A stretch of DNA of 64,000 nucleotides from Sporopachydermia quercuum (taxonomy: Eukaryota): contig BCGN01000003.1 of NCBI GenBank assembly GCA_001599295.1, forward strand, positions 1,860,001 through 1,924,000, given 5' to 3'. Position numbers and translations under genes: made by a program. The notes beneath the pieces were generated by a model, which saw only the letters and a program-made list of their open reading frames with translations, was not told where the DNA came from and ran no database searches. Positions 22,401 to 33,855 of this stretch are shown here, piece after piece (positions within the stretch are counted from its first letter, which is position 1; the number at the start of each line of letters is the position of its first letter).

Positions 22401-23900
22401 GTGGGGCGGAATTGATTTCCCCGCCGTTGTAACTAGATAGCAGAATAGGTATAGTCGCTCCGCTTTGTACATATTGGTTGATAGCTGTACATAAATGGCC
22501 ATTTACCGGCAATTACCATATGGATCTTATGATTTCCGATTTCATGGAGCTACACAAATAGAAAACTCAGAATCAGAACTCCTCAGACGGGAAGCAATAG
22601 CGGAAGTCTTTCCGTCTATATTAGTCAACCAGTATGAGCTATAGAAGATAATAATGGAGATAATAACGGAATAAACAATAGAAGCGGATATAAATAGCGG
22701 AGATTATCTCGGATACCAGTTTCGTTTTGTGACCAATTAGAAGGCATTTTGGTACAGCTGATGGAGATTATTCAAACTTCAGCTTATTTTTCCTGTGCCC
22801 AATCATAAATTAAGGTTATATAATCAACCAAAAGAGGTATTAATTATTACCTTTTATAGTAAATAAATGAGATATATACCCAAAGTAAAATTCAAAAATA
22901 TTCAAATACCAGAACAGGGAATTTGACCGAAATTAGACCTAATTGGGCAACCTTACAAGTAAAAAGATAATTTGATACTAGGTCAAGAATGTTCGCAGGG
23001 AAGTCACTTGGGGTATAATATCCGGTTTCTTGCATTCATTTTAATATTATTTCTGAAATATTTTACCAAAGGATATCGGAGATAACTGCCAGACCTATCG
23101 TCATTATAGGTATATTTATTAGTATGTTTTGAAGAGTAAATATTATTCCTAAAGTTATAATATATTATTAAAAGGGTCTCCTATATTAATCAGTTTTCTA
23201 TATATTAGTTTAATTAAATATTTCCTGTAAGCATTGTGCTACATCGTTTATCTCCAATGTAACTGAATTATTTCCTATATTCAATTATATCGGAGATAAT
23301 ACGTTTATAACGGAAATTATGTTGCAACTCCTGTACCTTATTCTTAACTATGGTTTCCGTTTCCATAATAATTCCGGAAACTATCAGTATTCTCCTCATA
23401 ATCTTCGCTTTGCACGCGCACTAACAAACCTTCTATCGAAACTTCCTTCTTTCATTGCTACAATCAATATACCTTTATTCCTCATCAATTTACTTCGTTC
23501 TCAACCATTTGACGCCCACTGACTGACAGTGTGAAGGCTGAGAATGTAAGATCCACAGCCACAAATAATAATCTTCGATTATCACATGTTCACGTGCTTT
23601 CACAGAATTACGTGTTTGCAATATAAATACTGAATCGTACTTGATATTAGTTACAAATTCAATTGTTAATAACTATAACTGCAATCACAATTCACAAACA
23701 ACTACAACAACATCCACAATATTGTCAGCCTGTCATTGTACCTCTTTTTGTGCCCTTTTCCTACTATCAAAAGTCCTATTCAAGCCAGCATAAACAGATC
23801 ATAATAGTATGAAATCTAACTATTATTCGCACACTATTATAAAAAATTGCCCGTAAAAGCGCAGAATTTTCCTGCTTTTTTCTTCCTATGCTTATAGACA

Positions 23901-26900
23901 ATGAATGACCCTTGGAACTATGGCAATTCAGTTCCAGCTGCTAAAAGGATTAAACGAAACCCTCGTACAAGGCATCTACAACAACAACAGCAGCAGCATA
24001 GAACGAAAAACATACGAAATTATATCCAGTACTTGACCAAAATTATTGACAAGGAAACAGAAATCAAATCTGCTTCAATTGTTAAAAATCCAGCTTTAAA
24101 TAGCCATTTTCAAGTTAATTCTACTCCTAATAACAGTATTGGCAGTACCAATACACCAACAGTCAGCAAAGAAGCAGCTATAAAATGTATTGGCCATATT
24201 GTGAATATAGGAATAATTCCAATACTTAAAAAGGATAGAAAAGAATGTTACAATAACAACAATAATAGCAATAACAAAGGAGAAATCAAAGACGAGGAAA
24301 TACTGAATTTATCATTAGAAGTGCTTAATTTAATATGTGGGAATCATTTTGATGTGTTATGGGAATTCGGTGCCTGGTACGAGATCGGTAACGAGGTCAC
24401 GAGACCTGGTACAGGAATTGGATTGGAAGATGTTCGACGGATCACGTGGTCTAGCACAGGAAATTATGGTGTGAGTTTGTTTGCGGGAAGTTCCTTGGGG
24501 GGTGGTTCTGGAGACGTTTTTATTCCAATTAGTACTGCGGATCAAAAGCTGAACCCCGCGCGGAACTCCAAATTGGACTCATGCGCAAACATAAGCACAA
24601 ACTCCGCCTACCCCACTTTCCCAATTTGTACACTCCTCGTTAACATCTTGTTCCTGTGTCTTGGTGAACCAAACGGCGATACTCTTACCCTAACAAAACG
24701 ATGTCTAACCACAATCTATTCCGTTTTCCAAATAAAGCTTTTACATGTTGATTACGGAATCCATAAAGAAATGCGGGGTTTAATAGTGAAGCATCTCCAG
24801 AATGTGGAAGAATTCGCGGTTCGAATCACCAGAATAGGAAACAATCGGTTTAACATGGCACTAAAATCGGAAACCTGTTTTAAACATTTGGCGGGACTAT
24901 TGCAATCGGGAGTAGGGTTACTGCAATGGTGTTTAAACAGGGCAGGGAAAGTCCCACAAAACACGGATGAAATTCAACTGAACCCCGCCTTTCCCCTTAT
25001 CAACCAATACACAATTCATTTGTTCTGTAATCGACTTTACTTCATAATCCTACATTGTAAAGAGTATTCTTTACTGAAATACCCCACAATTGATGCTCTC
25101 TTATCGGAATTGCTCCGCGCAGTTACAGACTACACCTTTTGTGGGGTAACTGTTGATATTCAAGGCACAGAATTGTTTACTATAGCACTAAACTGGGTGG
25201 ACAGGTGTTTAACCCCTGGATTTCTCCGGGATATTCCCCTTACGGAACAATCCGTTTGCGAGGGATTGTTAAAGTTTGCTCGGATGTATGTAACTTTTGG
25301 TTTAGAAAGCGGGATATCGGACTATTTACCCTCTTTTGAGTTAGAAAGAGAGTTTACTGAGGGACATGAAGTGGAGAAATGTGTCCAAATCCTCCAATTT
25401 CTAAGCGAGGTAGCTAGAGGGACATCAAGAAATGTAACGGAAGAGTATCGTGCAAAAGCCGGGTCCAATTGCAATGAGATGCAGGGCCAATATTTCCTGG
25501 AAAGGCAGTTCACTATTACTACATTGGAAGTTCTCCGCAGTGATATACTTAAATGGTACAAACAGATGTATCCCTTCCGGAGGGAAGCTAAAATGGGTAC
25601 AAATGTCCAACTTAATTCACTTATTCCGACTTCTTCCGCTTCTGCGGCCGGTTCGGCTTCAAATACTACCTCAAATGCTAGTGAAAATCTTCCGTTTCCA
25701 CTTACTCTATCGGAATTGCTTAGAAACTCGGCACCAAGCAACCCCGCATACCCCGCCATCATTAAGCTACACAAACTCCTCATTGAGAACAAACCCCTTC
25801 TGGAAACCCTACAATTTCAGCTCTCCTTTCTTTACTATTTACAAAAATGCATCTGTCACTCGAACGGAACTTTAAACCTCGGCACAGGGAAATGTCAAGT
25901 TTGTGATAGTTATAGCGGAGTAAATTGCTGGATTTTAAACGTATCGGAAATGCGACCGGCCCGAGAACTAATAGTACGAACAGTGGAGGAGATTGTGGAA
26001 GTATTTCTCGGTTCGGAACTGTTTTTGCAATCAAATGGGACTCAAATCATCGTATTAGGTATATTACGCCGAACTCTGATCATGTACCAACCGAATGAAG
26101 CAATAAACATAAACATAAACACTCCAAATTGGGAAACCGGGGTATGGAATTGGGTATTAAGTTTAGCACGGGGCAGCATTCAGTCTTGGGGTAAGTATCC
26201 CAGTATGGAAATCATCCAAGCGGCCTCGGCAATACTCCCTTTTTTAGTAATTGGAACCTATGGCCACGAAAATTTTATCTCCATCTACCGGGTCTTATCC
26301 GAATCAGGTAACGCTGCAAATGGCCCGTCGATCTACCCTATTAAGGCAATCGTTTCTTCATTTGGCAACTTAGCATGTGTACTTACCGGTGATAAGCTTA
26401 ACCTCATCCTTATCTCACTTATTAATTTATTATCCAACCCCTCTCAATTTCGAGTGTCCCTCATCTGTACTGAAATCTCAGCAATTGCAAAGTACAAACG
26501 AATATCACCATGGCAACTGATTTATGCCTACATCCCCACTATTTCAATTGTGATCATGGACAAAATGGCTGGAAATGGGAATGTTTTGCGAGGAATTTGT
26601 CCCCTTTTGGAAATCTCGGAGCGGGATTTCTTTCTCAGGACACAAAAGTTCATACTCCCCTATTTAATAGTACGGGATAAAGCTCGAGAAATCAATCTAA
26701 TCGCGGGGTACCTACAAATCGGAGTCAACGATTTAATATTAGACAATATTGTGGTTATAATGGGGAGTTTATTATTAACTGTTTCGGAAGAAGTCCAGAA
26801 TACCCCGAAGACCCCGCGCGGACTTAAGAAGTATCCTGCCATTGGTAAGCAGGTGATGGAACGGATTGCGGGGTATTGTCCAGAACTGAAATCGGTAGGG

Positions 26901-29900
26901 TTCAAAGGTTTAGTAAGAAATAATTGGTTAGAGTTGGCGTGGGAGGTAATGAAATGCTATAGCGGGGTAGAAACTGAAAAAGAGAGCGGGGTAAGAGGAG
27001 ATCATACCGGAACCGATTCCGAAGACAATAGCAGAATCAATATTGGAACCAATACCGGAAACGGTGCTGAAACGGCAATTATTATTACCGCGTTATTAAC
27101 GTTAATTTACACTGAAAATCCGTCGTATTTCACAATCTCCCCCTCCGGAAATTCCACTCCGCATTTGGAACCCCTCCGGAAGTTCTTCGCCACAGATATA
27201 CTGGGTTTTGTACACACTTTTTCGGATATCCTCAACGACAAAAGAGGTAAAACATCCGAAGCCGAAAAACTACAAAACATCAGAGCAATCCGAGTTTTAG
27301 CTGAACTTTCGGGAGACTCCTTAGTGTTTGCGGTACCCCGCCTAATCTCGGGATTACAAATAGCCATAAACACCCCGCAATTTGTTGCCGAGAGTTTACA
27401 AACATGGGAAACAATAATCAAGTATCTCCGAGAAGAAGATTTGCAGGGCATATTGGACATCACAGTGTCAGTTTTGACACAAAAATGGGGCCAGTTTGAT
27501 AAGAAATTGCGGGGAATAGTGCGGGGTATTTTGGTGGAGTTAGTGGAAACACGGGGCATTGCGTTTGTGATGCGGATCAAACAGGGTTTAGGCGTCCCGT
27601 TGTTTTCCGTCATTAATGAGTTAAAGTTTCTCGATGACTACAGTTACGGGATCTATTTCGCCGAAAAGGGCAACGACATTACCGGAAATGGAGCCTCAAA
27701 CACAGAGTTCACTAAGCACTCTGCATTTTGCGCCACAGTTTACCCCTCCATTATCCGCCGGTGTTACGATGATAATATATTTGTGGTTCGGCAGGCATTA
27801 AATGAAATTATTTATTTGTACGGATTGGAATCACCTGTTTTGGGTTACACCCTGCAGAACCATCACTTGAACCCAAATCCTGACCCCGCATTACCCCGCC
27901 GCCTAGTCCAAAGCATAATTGCCGCGATAATAAAGTTCCGAGACCTAAAATCGGATATTCCAGCTTTAGCTGTGCACTGTCTAGGGTTAATTGGGACAGT
28001 TGAGGAGCACAAACATAATGATTTCAATGCGGGACTAACAGCGGGATTAAATCTCGGCAATAATCCCACTTCTGCTCCAATTATACTTCGCCATTTCGCC
28101 GATTCTGAAGAAACAACTTCCTTTTTAGTGCATTTAGTGAACAACTACCTTTTAAAGGCATTTTGGTCCGCAAACCCNTCAAATCAACCCCTCCTTGCTT
28201 ATTGCGTGCAAGAATGCATGAAATTGTTGGGAATTACACCACAGGTTCTAAGTTTGAACGAAACGGGTGGAAATATGACCGAATTGAGAAACTCAGCTTA
28301 CTATATTTGGGAATCCTTTCCGCGCGGTAACCAAAGTTTACTTACCCCCTTTTTAAGTAGTAAATATACATTACAAGGCGGCGGGTCATTGGGCACAGAA
28401 ACACCCGGTTCCGTTTTCGGGTCCGAGAATGCCGAGAATGCGGGGCTGGTGGGGTATCCCGTCTATGACTTGTCACAAAGCTATAATACTTGGTTATTTA
28501 AGTTCACCAGTGTTGTATTATACAAAATCGCTTGGGTAGCCCAGACCACAAACGAGAAACACTCAAGCGGGGTAACCTTAGAACCCAATTCTAAATCAGG
28601 GAACTTCCCCGCCATCGGCTCGGCTATTTTCAAGCTCTGTTTCGGTATCAAAGACAAAACCATAATGCAATTTATACTGCCATACGCGCTAATTGAATGC
28701 GTAAATATGTACCCCGCCGACACGGGAAGCTTAATTCGGTCAATAACCGAAACTCTAAACGTCGGAATGGCAGATTTAAGTTCTGAAGAAGCTGACAACC
28801 TAAAACAGGGTTTCGAGCTTATTTTCAGTATAATTGATTACTTTAAAGCCTGGCTGCATAAAAAAGAGAGCAAAAAGAGGGGCAGTAAGTCGCAAAGTGG
28901 TTCTGGTCTAGTCTCGGGTAGCGGGGCCGATTTTGTTATTGTGGAACAGTTCATAAATAAAGTCCCCGTTGAATTATTAGCCCGAAAATCATTACAATGT
29001 GAATCATACGCTCGTTCTGTTTTGTACTATGAGCAATACTACCGAGAGTATGAGCTGGGTGAGCGGGACAAAACTGGACTCGGATCCGCAACGGAAATCC
29101 AATTAGGACATAAATCAACACCAACCACCAATACAACCCCAGGTACTATTTCCCAATCGAGTAATAGTAACACTGACAACAACAACCCCACGTCACCCTA
29201 CATGGAACCTCGCAATAACCGGCTACTCACGTTACAAAATTTATATTCAAATCTCGACGATCCCGACAGAGTTTCTGGAGTTTTAGCCGTGTATTCAGCC
29301 ACCTCTTTAGAGACAATTATTGCCGAGTGTAAATTCGGCGAGAATTGGCAGTTTGCGGTTGAAATGTTGGAGGGGAAAACAGCGGAGGACAATGGAAACT
29401 CGGAATCGGATGCGTACATGGAAGCGGATGCGGAAAGGAGGTCAACTTGGGTAAGCGGGGCAACAGAAACGCAAGCACAACCCCGTGGTTTTGAGCTCAA
29501 TAATAAGACCAATAAACCAACCACAAAACCAGCACCTTCTACACCTCAGGACCCTTCTTTATCAGCCTTGTCTGAATGGGCTGTTGCCCCACATTCCCGG
29601 CAGTCCCTGCCATCCTCCGAAAACTTAGTCACTGAGCTTCTGTCCACATACAAATCCCATTTCCACTATTCCGATATCCTCAAGAAACTCAAGCAAATCT
29701 CTTCCATCTATCCGTCATTCTCCCCCTCTTCCTACCCCGCCTCCTGGATAAATGTAGGCTTGGAAGCGGCATGGAACTGCCTAAATGCTTCGGAACTCCG
29801 CTTTTGGATCGCCGCTGCCGAGAACAATACCGGATATAATGAAATACTAGTAATGGACAATTATTTATTAGGCAAGTGTCTTTGTGCATTAAAAGCGGGA

Positions 29901-32900
29901 CAGTATGAGGAGTTCAGGAAGTATAGGGCTGCATTCGGGGAGTTAATTGCCCGTAATTTAAGTTCCGGATCCGTGGCCGGCTCGGCATTGGCCCGAAAAC
30001 AGGAAATAGTGAAATTACAGGGCATAAACGATATTTGTGTAGTAACGACTCCGCTGGAAATGGGAACAGGAGCAAATGCGGGGTACCCTGGTGAAAGGAT
30101 GAGGGGCCTTCGAGGTCTGCGGGATAAAAATACCAAGTTTGTAATTGATGACTTCAAAGCAAGTACTGAAAACGATAATTCTGCAGCTTTCACCCGAAAC
30201 CTCGGCACATTCGAAGTCATAAACTACTTTCGCACCCGAAAATCCCGAATCAATGCCGACTTCAATTCTAAATGGTATATTTCAGCTATTCATCGGGCCG
30301 CTTGCTATTTCTCTAACCGGAAGGAGCTTTACCCCGCAATCACGGATAGCTGGATCGATTCGATTCGGATCGCCCGAAAAAGCGGGGCAATTGAGTTAGC
30401 TCGGAAGTGTATCAGTGAAATAGCAGGGGAGGAGACATCCGAGGTTTATATGGAGACAGCCAAGGTCTTTTGGTCTTCTGGGGATGCAGGCACTGCCCTA
30501 AGAGTCGCTGCAGAAGCGGTGAAGCGGGCCGAAGTGGAAGCAAAAACAAATGAGGAATCAAGAGCTGAAGCAATAGAAAGGAATAAGAATGTCGAATTGA
30601 GCATTTCGGTTGATTTACTTGATTTAGAAACTGAAACTGACAATCGGAACACCACAAACACAGCTCGGACTCTCCGGGGCAGACGGAGCAAAAGCAAAGC
30701 TAAGCCTAAAGCGGTTATTGAACTTACGACTGGGCATGAAAATGAGGAGTCCAATAAAGGGCCAAATGAACAAGAATTATTCAAAACCGGCAATTCTCTT
30801 ACCAAAGTAAGGAATCATAGTTCCGCTTCAGCCTCGGCACAGTTAACTTACGCTAAGTACCTGGAAATTTCCGCATCCACGAACATGAATAATATAGTTA
30901 CCGAATACAGCAAAGCAATAACATTGAATCCCAATTGGGAACGACCTTACTACCTTCTAGGAAGATACTATGATAAGGTTTATAACTCTTTACTCAATGA
31001 AGAAACTTCGGAAGTGGGGCAAATGACGAGACAAACAGCAACAAATGCTGCAGCTCCAAAAGCGGGCAATGCAGGGCGAGTGTCACAACTATCAAACTAT
31101 AAACAATTAATATGTGAGAACTACGTGCGAGCGCTCCAATGTGATAATAAACGGATGTATGAGTTAATGCCGAGAGTGGTGACTTTGTGGCTAGACACCC
31201 CGCCAAACCAAAATCAAAGCGAGCTAGATCACCCAGAACCCTTCGGAACTGGAACCGAAACCACGAGCACATCGTCCCGAAAGACAGCTGCTGTTAACAC
31301 TAACACTAACCTTAACCTTGTTGCATCCGATAACCCCCGGAACCTCACATATTCTGCGTCTCCCGCTCCCGCTTTGGAGCTCCCGACTTACATGTTCTAT
31401 ATAACATTAAACCAAATTCTGTCCCGTTTGGGACAGAAACACAAACAGATCTTGGCACAAATAAAACCTATAATAGCCGCCGTGTTAGTTCGGTACCCAG
31501 AACGGTCTTTGTGGTTTGTATTAGCTCAATTCAACTCTACAGACCCAATTCGCAAGAAAAGAGCCGAAACCTTGTTTGCCGCTGCAGCCGCGGTACATGT
31601 TCCCCAGATATCATCGGCAAGTTCCGATATTCCGTTCAATGACGGGTATTTAATCCCTGGCCAGCGGCTTTTCGCAGGGCTCATCCGCGTTTGTAGCGCC
31701 AAACTAAGCGGGGAAAAATCGGTTGTCAATCTGTTTCAGGAATTTGGATTCAATCCCGAAGTTGCTCCATGCCGAATGGTCGTTCCGGTTGAATCCGAGC
31801 TGGTGGCTTCTCCTGGAACTGCTGGAACGGAGATCTGGGAAGGAACAACCAGCGGGACCCGCGGGGAAACTCGAGATTGCTGTGGCTCGTTCCGTGCGTT
31901 TGGAACGGCAACCACAATAACTAAATTCACCCCGCGGTGCGAAATCTTTAAATCTCTGCGTAAACCCCGCAAGATCCAGATTCTCGGCTCAAACGGGAAA
32001 TTCTATGCTCTGATGTGCAAAAACGATGACCTTCGGAAAGATTCTCGGCTTATGGACTTCACAGCATCTATAAACCGGCTTCTTCGAAAAAACTCAGACT
32101 CTAACAGCCGAGACCTCGGCATTATTACTTATATGGCGGTTCCCCTTAATGAGAAGTACGGCATGATTGAATTTGTGCAATCAGTTAGACCGTTACGGGA
32201 AATATTCACCGAGTTATACCTAAACCGGAATAACCCGTTGAAATTAGCCGAGCTTAAAACTTTATATGCGGGACCTGGTAATAGCGGAAAGGATAATCCG
32301 GCAGCAAATATCGGAAACAATAACCCGCTGCTCCATCAGAAAATCAAAATCTTTCAAAAAATTTGCAACATGTACCCGCCAATTCTCTATTTATACTTTC
32401 TGCAACAATTCCCGGAAGCTAATAATTGGTACTTGGCTCGGAACAACTACACCCGATCAACTGCGGTAATGTCAATGGTGGGATACATCCTCGGCCTTGG
32501 AGATCGACACAGTGAAAACCTTCTTTTGTCTAAAGCTTCTGGGTCCATTTTCCATGTAGATTTTGACTGTCTGTTTGAAATGGGCACGCGGCTGAAAGTT
32601 CCAGAAAGGGTTCCGTTCCGGTTGACATGTAATATGGTTGATGCAATGGGAATAACTGGGACGGAAGGAAGTTTCCGCAAGTGCAGCGAGATCACGTTAC
32701 ATGTGATTCGGAACAATGAGAATATGCTAATGAATATTTTAGAGCCGTTTATTCATGATCCGGTTTTGGATTGGACTCGACTTCGGAAGAGCGAGAAGCA
32801 GAATTCGGTTGTTGGCGGGGTAAGCGGGGTACAAGCTGGAGCAGGAGCAGGAAATGAGGTGTCAATTGCTGGGCTCGAGAACATTAGAGTTCGGAATAAA

Positions 32901-33029
32901 GTGCGGGGACTAATGGATAGTTCCGGAATGGGAATTAGTGTAGCGGGTCAAGTACAGAGTTTGATCAGTGCCGCCACAAGTGAGGAGAATCTGTGTCAGA
33001 TGTATTTTGGCTGGTTGCCGTTTTTGTAG
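23901..33029 (+). CDS. MEC1: ATR-family PIKK checkpoint kinase
   Basis: 3042 aa. Kinase motifs MCKNDDLRKDSRLMDF, YTRSTAVMSMVGYILGLGDRHSEN, HVDFDCLFE, VPERVPFRLT; FAT region (CESYARSVLYYEQ); FATC ending NLCQMYFGWLPFL. Confidence 0.96.
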   Translation: MNDPWNYGNSVPAAKRIKRNPRTRHLQQQQQQHRTKNIRNYIQYLTKIIDKETEIKSASIVKNPALNSHFQVNSTPNNSIGSTNTPTVSKEAAIKCIGHIVNIGIIPILKKDRKECYNNNNNSNNKGEIKDEEILNLSLEVLNLICGNHFDVLWEFGAWYEIGNEVTRPGTGIGLEDVRRITWSSTGNYGVSLFAGSSLGGGSGDVFIPISTADQKLNPARNSKLDSCANISTNSAYPTFPICTLLVNILFLCLGEPNGDTLTLTKRCLTTIYSVFQIKLLHVDYGIHKEMRGLIVKHLQNVEEFAVRITRIGNNRFNMALKSETCFKHLAGLLQSGVGLLQWCLNRAGKVPQNTDEIQLNPAFPLINQYTIHLFCNRLYFIILHCKEYSLLKYPTIDALLSELLRAVTDYTFCGVTVDIQGTELFTIALNWVDRCLTPGFLRDIPLTEQSVCEGLLKFARMYVTFGLESGISDYLPSFELEREFTEGHEVEKCVQILQFLSEVARGTSRNVTEEYRAKAGSNCNEMQGQYFLERQFTITTLEVLRSDILKWYKQMYPFRREAKMGTNVQLNSLIPTSSASAAGSASNTTSNASENLPFPLTLSELLRNSAPSNPAYPAIIKLHKLLIENKPLLETLQFQLSFLYYLQKCICHSNGTLNLGTGKCQVCDSYSGVNCWILNVSEMRPARELIVRTVEEIVEVFLGSELFLQSNGTQIIVLGILRRTLIMYQPNEAINININTPNWETGVWNWVLSLARGSIQSWGKYPSMEIIQAASAILPFLVIGTYGHENFISIYRVLSESGNAANGPSIYPIKAIVSSFGNLACVLTGDKLNLILISLINLLSNPSQFRVSLICTEISAIAKYKRISPWQLIYAYIPTISIVIMDKMAGNGNVLRGICPLLEISERDFFLRTQKFILPYLIVRDKAREINLIAGYLQIGVNDLILDNIVVIMGSLLLTVSEEVQNTPKTPRGLKKYPAIGKQVMERIAGYCPELKSVGFKGLVRNNWLELAWEVMKCYSGVETEKESGVRGDHTGTDSEDNSRINIGTNTGNGAETAIIITALLTLIYTENPSYFTISPSGNSTPHLEPLRKFFATDILGFVHTFSDILNDKRGKTSEAEKLQNIRAIRVLAELSGDSLVFAVPRLISGLQIAINTPQFVAESLQTWETIIKYLREEDLQGILDITVSVLTQKWGQFDKKLRGIVRGILVELVETRGIAFVMRIKQGLGVPLFSVINELKFLDDYSYGIYFAEKGNDITGNGASNTEFTKHSAFCATVYPSIIRRCYDDNIFVVRQALNEIIYLYGLESPVLGYTLQNHHLNPNPDPALPRRLVQSIIAAIIKFRDLKSDIPALAVHCLGLIGTVEEHKHNDFNAGLTAGLNLGNNPTSAPIILRHFADSEETTSFLVHLVNNYLLKAFWSANXSNQPLLAYCVQECMKLLGITPQVLSLNETGGNMTELRNSAYYIWESFPRGNQSLLTPFLSSKYTLQGGGSLGTETPGSVFGSENAENAGLVGYPVYDLSQSYNTWLFKFTSVVLYKIAWVAQTTNEKHSSGVTLEPNSKSGNFPAIGSAIFKLCFGIKDKTIMQFILPYALIECVNMYPADTGSLIRSITETLNVGMADLSSEEADNLKQGFELIFSIIDYFKAWLHKKESKKRGSKSQSGSGLVSGSGADFVIVEQFINKVPVELLARKSLQCESYARSVLYYEQYYREYELGERDKTGLGSATEIQLGHKSTPTTNTTPGTISQSSNSNTDNNNPTSPYMEPRNNRLLTLQNLYSNLDDPDRVSGVLAVYSATSLETIIAECKFGENWQFAVEMLEGKTAEDNGNSESDAYMEADAERRSTWVSGATETQAQPRGFELNNKTNKPTTKPAPSTPQDPSLSALSEWAVAPHSRQSLPSSENLVTELLSTYKSHFHYSDILKKLKQISSIYPSFSPSSYPASWINVGLEAAWNCLNASELRFWIAAAENNTGYNEILVMDNYLLGKCLCALKAGQYEEFRKYRAAFGELIARNLSSGSVAGSALARKQEIVKLQGINDICVVTTPLEMGTGANAGYPGERMRGLRGLRDKNTKFVIDDFKASTENDNSAAFTRNLGTFEVINYFRTRKSRINADFNSKWYISAIHRAACYFSNRKELYPAITDSWIDSIRIARKSGAIELARKCISEIAGEETSEVYMETAKVFWSSGDAGTALRVAAEAVKRAEVEAKTNEESRAEAIERNKNVELSISVDLLDLETETDNRNTTNTARTLRGRRSKSKAKPKAVIELTTGHENEESNKGPNEQELFKTGNSLTKVRNHSSASASAQLTYAKYLEISASTNMNNIVTEYSKAITLNPNWERPYYLLGRYYDKVYNSLLNEETSEVGQMTRQTATNAAAPKAGNAGRVSQLSNYKQLICENYVRALQCDNKRMYELMPRVVTLWLDTPPNQNQSELDHPEPFGTGTETTSTSSRKTAAVNTNTNLNLVASDNPRNLTYSASPAPALELPTYMFYITLNQILSRLGQKHKQILAQIKPIIAAVLVRYPERSLWFVLAQFNSTDPIRKKRAETLFAAAAAVHVPQISSASSDIPFNDGYLIPGQRLFAGLIRVCSAKLSGEKSVVNLFQEFGFNPEVAPCRMVVPVESELVASPGTAGTEIWEGTTSGTRGETRDCCGSFRAFGTATTITKFTPRCEIFKSLRKPRKIQILGSNGKFYALMCKNDDLRKDSRLMDFTASINRLLRKNSDSNSRDLGIITYMAVPLNEKYGMIEFVQSVRPLREIFTELYLNRNNPLKLAELKTLYAGPGNSGKDNPAANIGNNNPLLHQKIKIFQKICNMYPPILYLYFLQQFPEANNWYLARNNYTRSTAVMSMVGYILGLGDRHSENLLLSKASGSIFHVDFDCLFEMGTRLKVPERVPFRLTCNMVDAMGITGTEGSFRKCSEITLHVIRNNENMLMNILEPFIHDPVLDWTRLRKSEKQNSVVGGVSGVQAGAGAGNEVSIAGLENIRVRNKVRGLMDSSGMGISVAGQVQSLISAATSEENLCQMYFGWLPFL

Positions 33030-33855
33030 CGGAAGAAATAGCACTTTAATAGGTACTTCGAACCAATAACGGTGAAAAATTGAATATATGGAATTATCTC
33101 TTTTGCAACCAGGTATTTTTGCGGAAATATTTATCATCTAAACATAACTAGTGGTTTTTAGGCCAGAAATAAAAAAATAACGGAAACTATGGTGGAAAGT
33201 AGTTAAATTTGAGCGGAGAAAACCGAAAATCAAGCTCAACTTACCTCTCATTTGTCCATTGATTTCAGAACTTATAAGAAATTAATTGCCTGACAAAAGG
33301 TATTTCATAAATTACATAATTCACTACACGTTTCATTCCTTGGCAGTATTGCTGTTATTAATACAATTAATGCCCAGAAATATATGAAAATTAATTAAGT
33401 GAAATAAAGCATGCAATAATTGTTTGAATTTTGTCTATTTTTGTTGCACATTTTGTCTAAGTAAGTGCTGTCAATTTTACTGTTTTATGCAAATAAATGC
33501 GCTTGTTAGTGCTAAGTTTAAGGTTTGGGAATATATGCATGATTTCTGCGCAAGCTCAAAACTCTGTGTACTCCATCTTCATTTTCAGCAGAACACATTA
33601 ATTATAGTACACCAATTATAATTGATTAACCAGTATATTAACTAATACTAGTATGAAAATATATGATTTCAGCTTGTATTTATGTAGAAATACGAAGTAG
33701 AATGCTGGAACTAATGAGCTTTCTGGAGTTATTCTATGCACTTATATGCATGATTCTGAATATATGCATGAAATTTGCCTCAGAACTGAAACCTTATTTT
33801 GATTTTTCAAGACTAGTGGGAACTATTTGCGATATACTTTCCGGTATTTAACACC

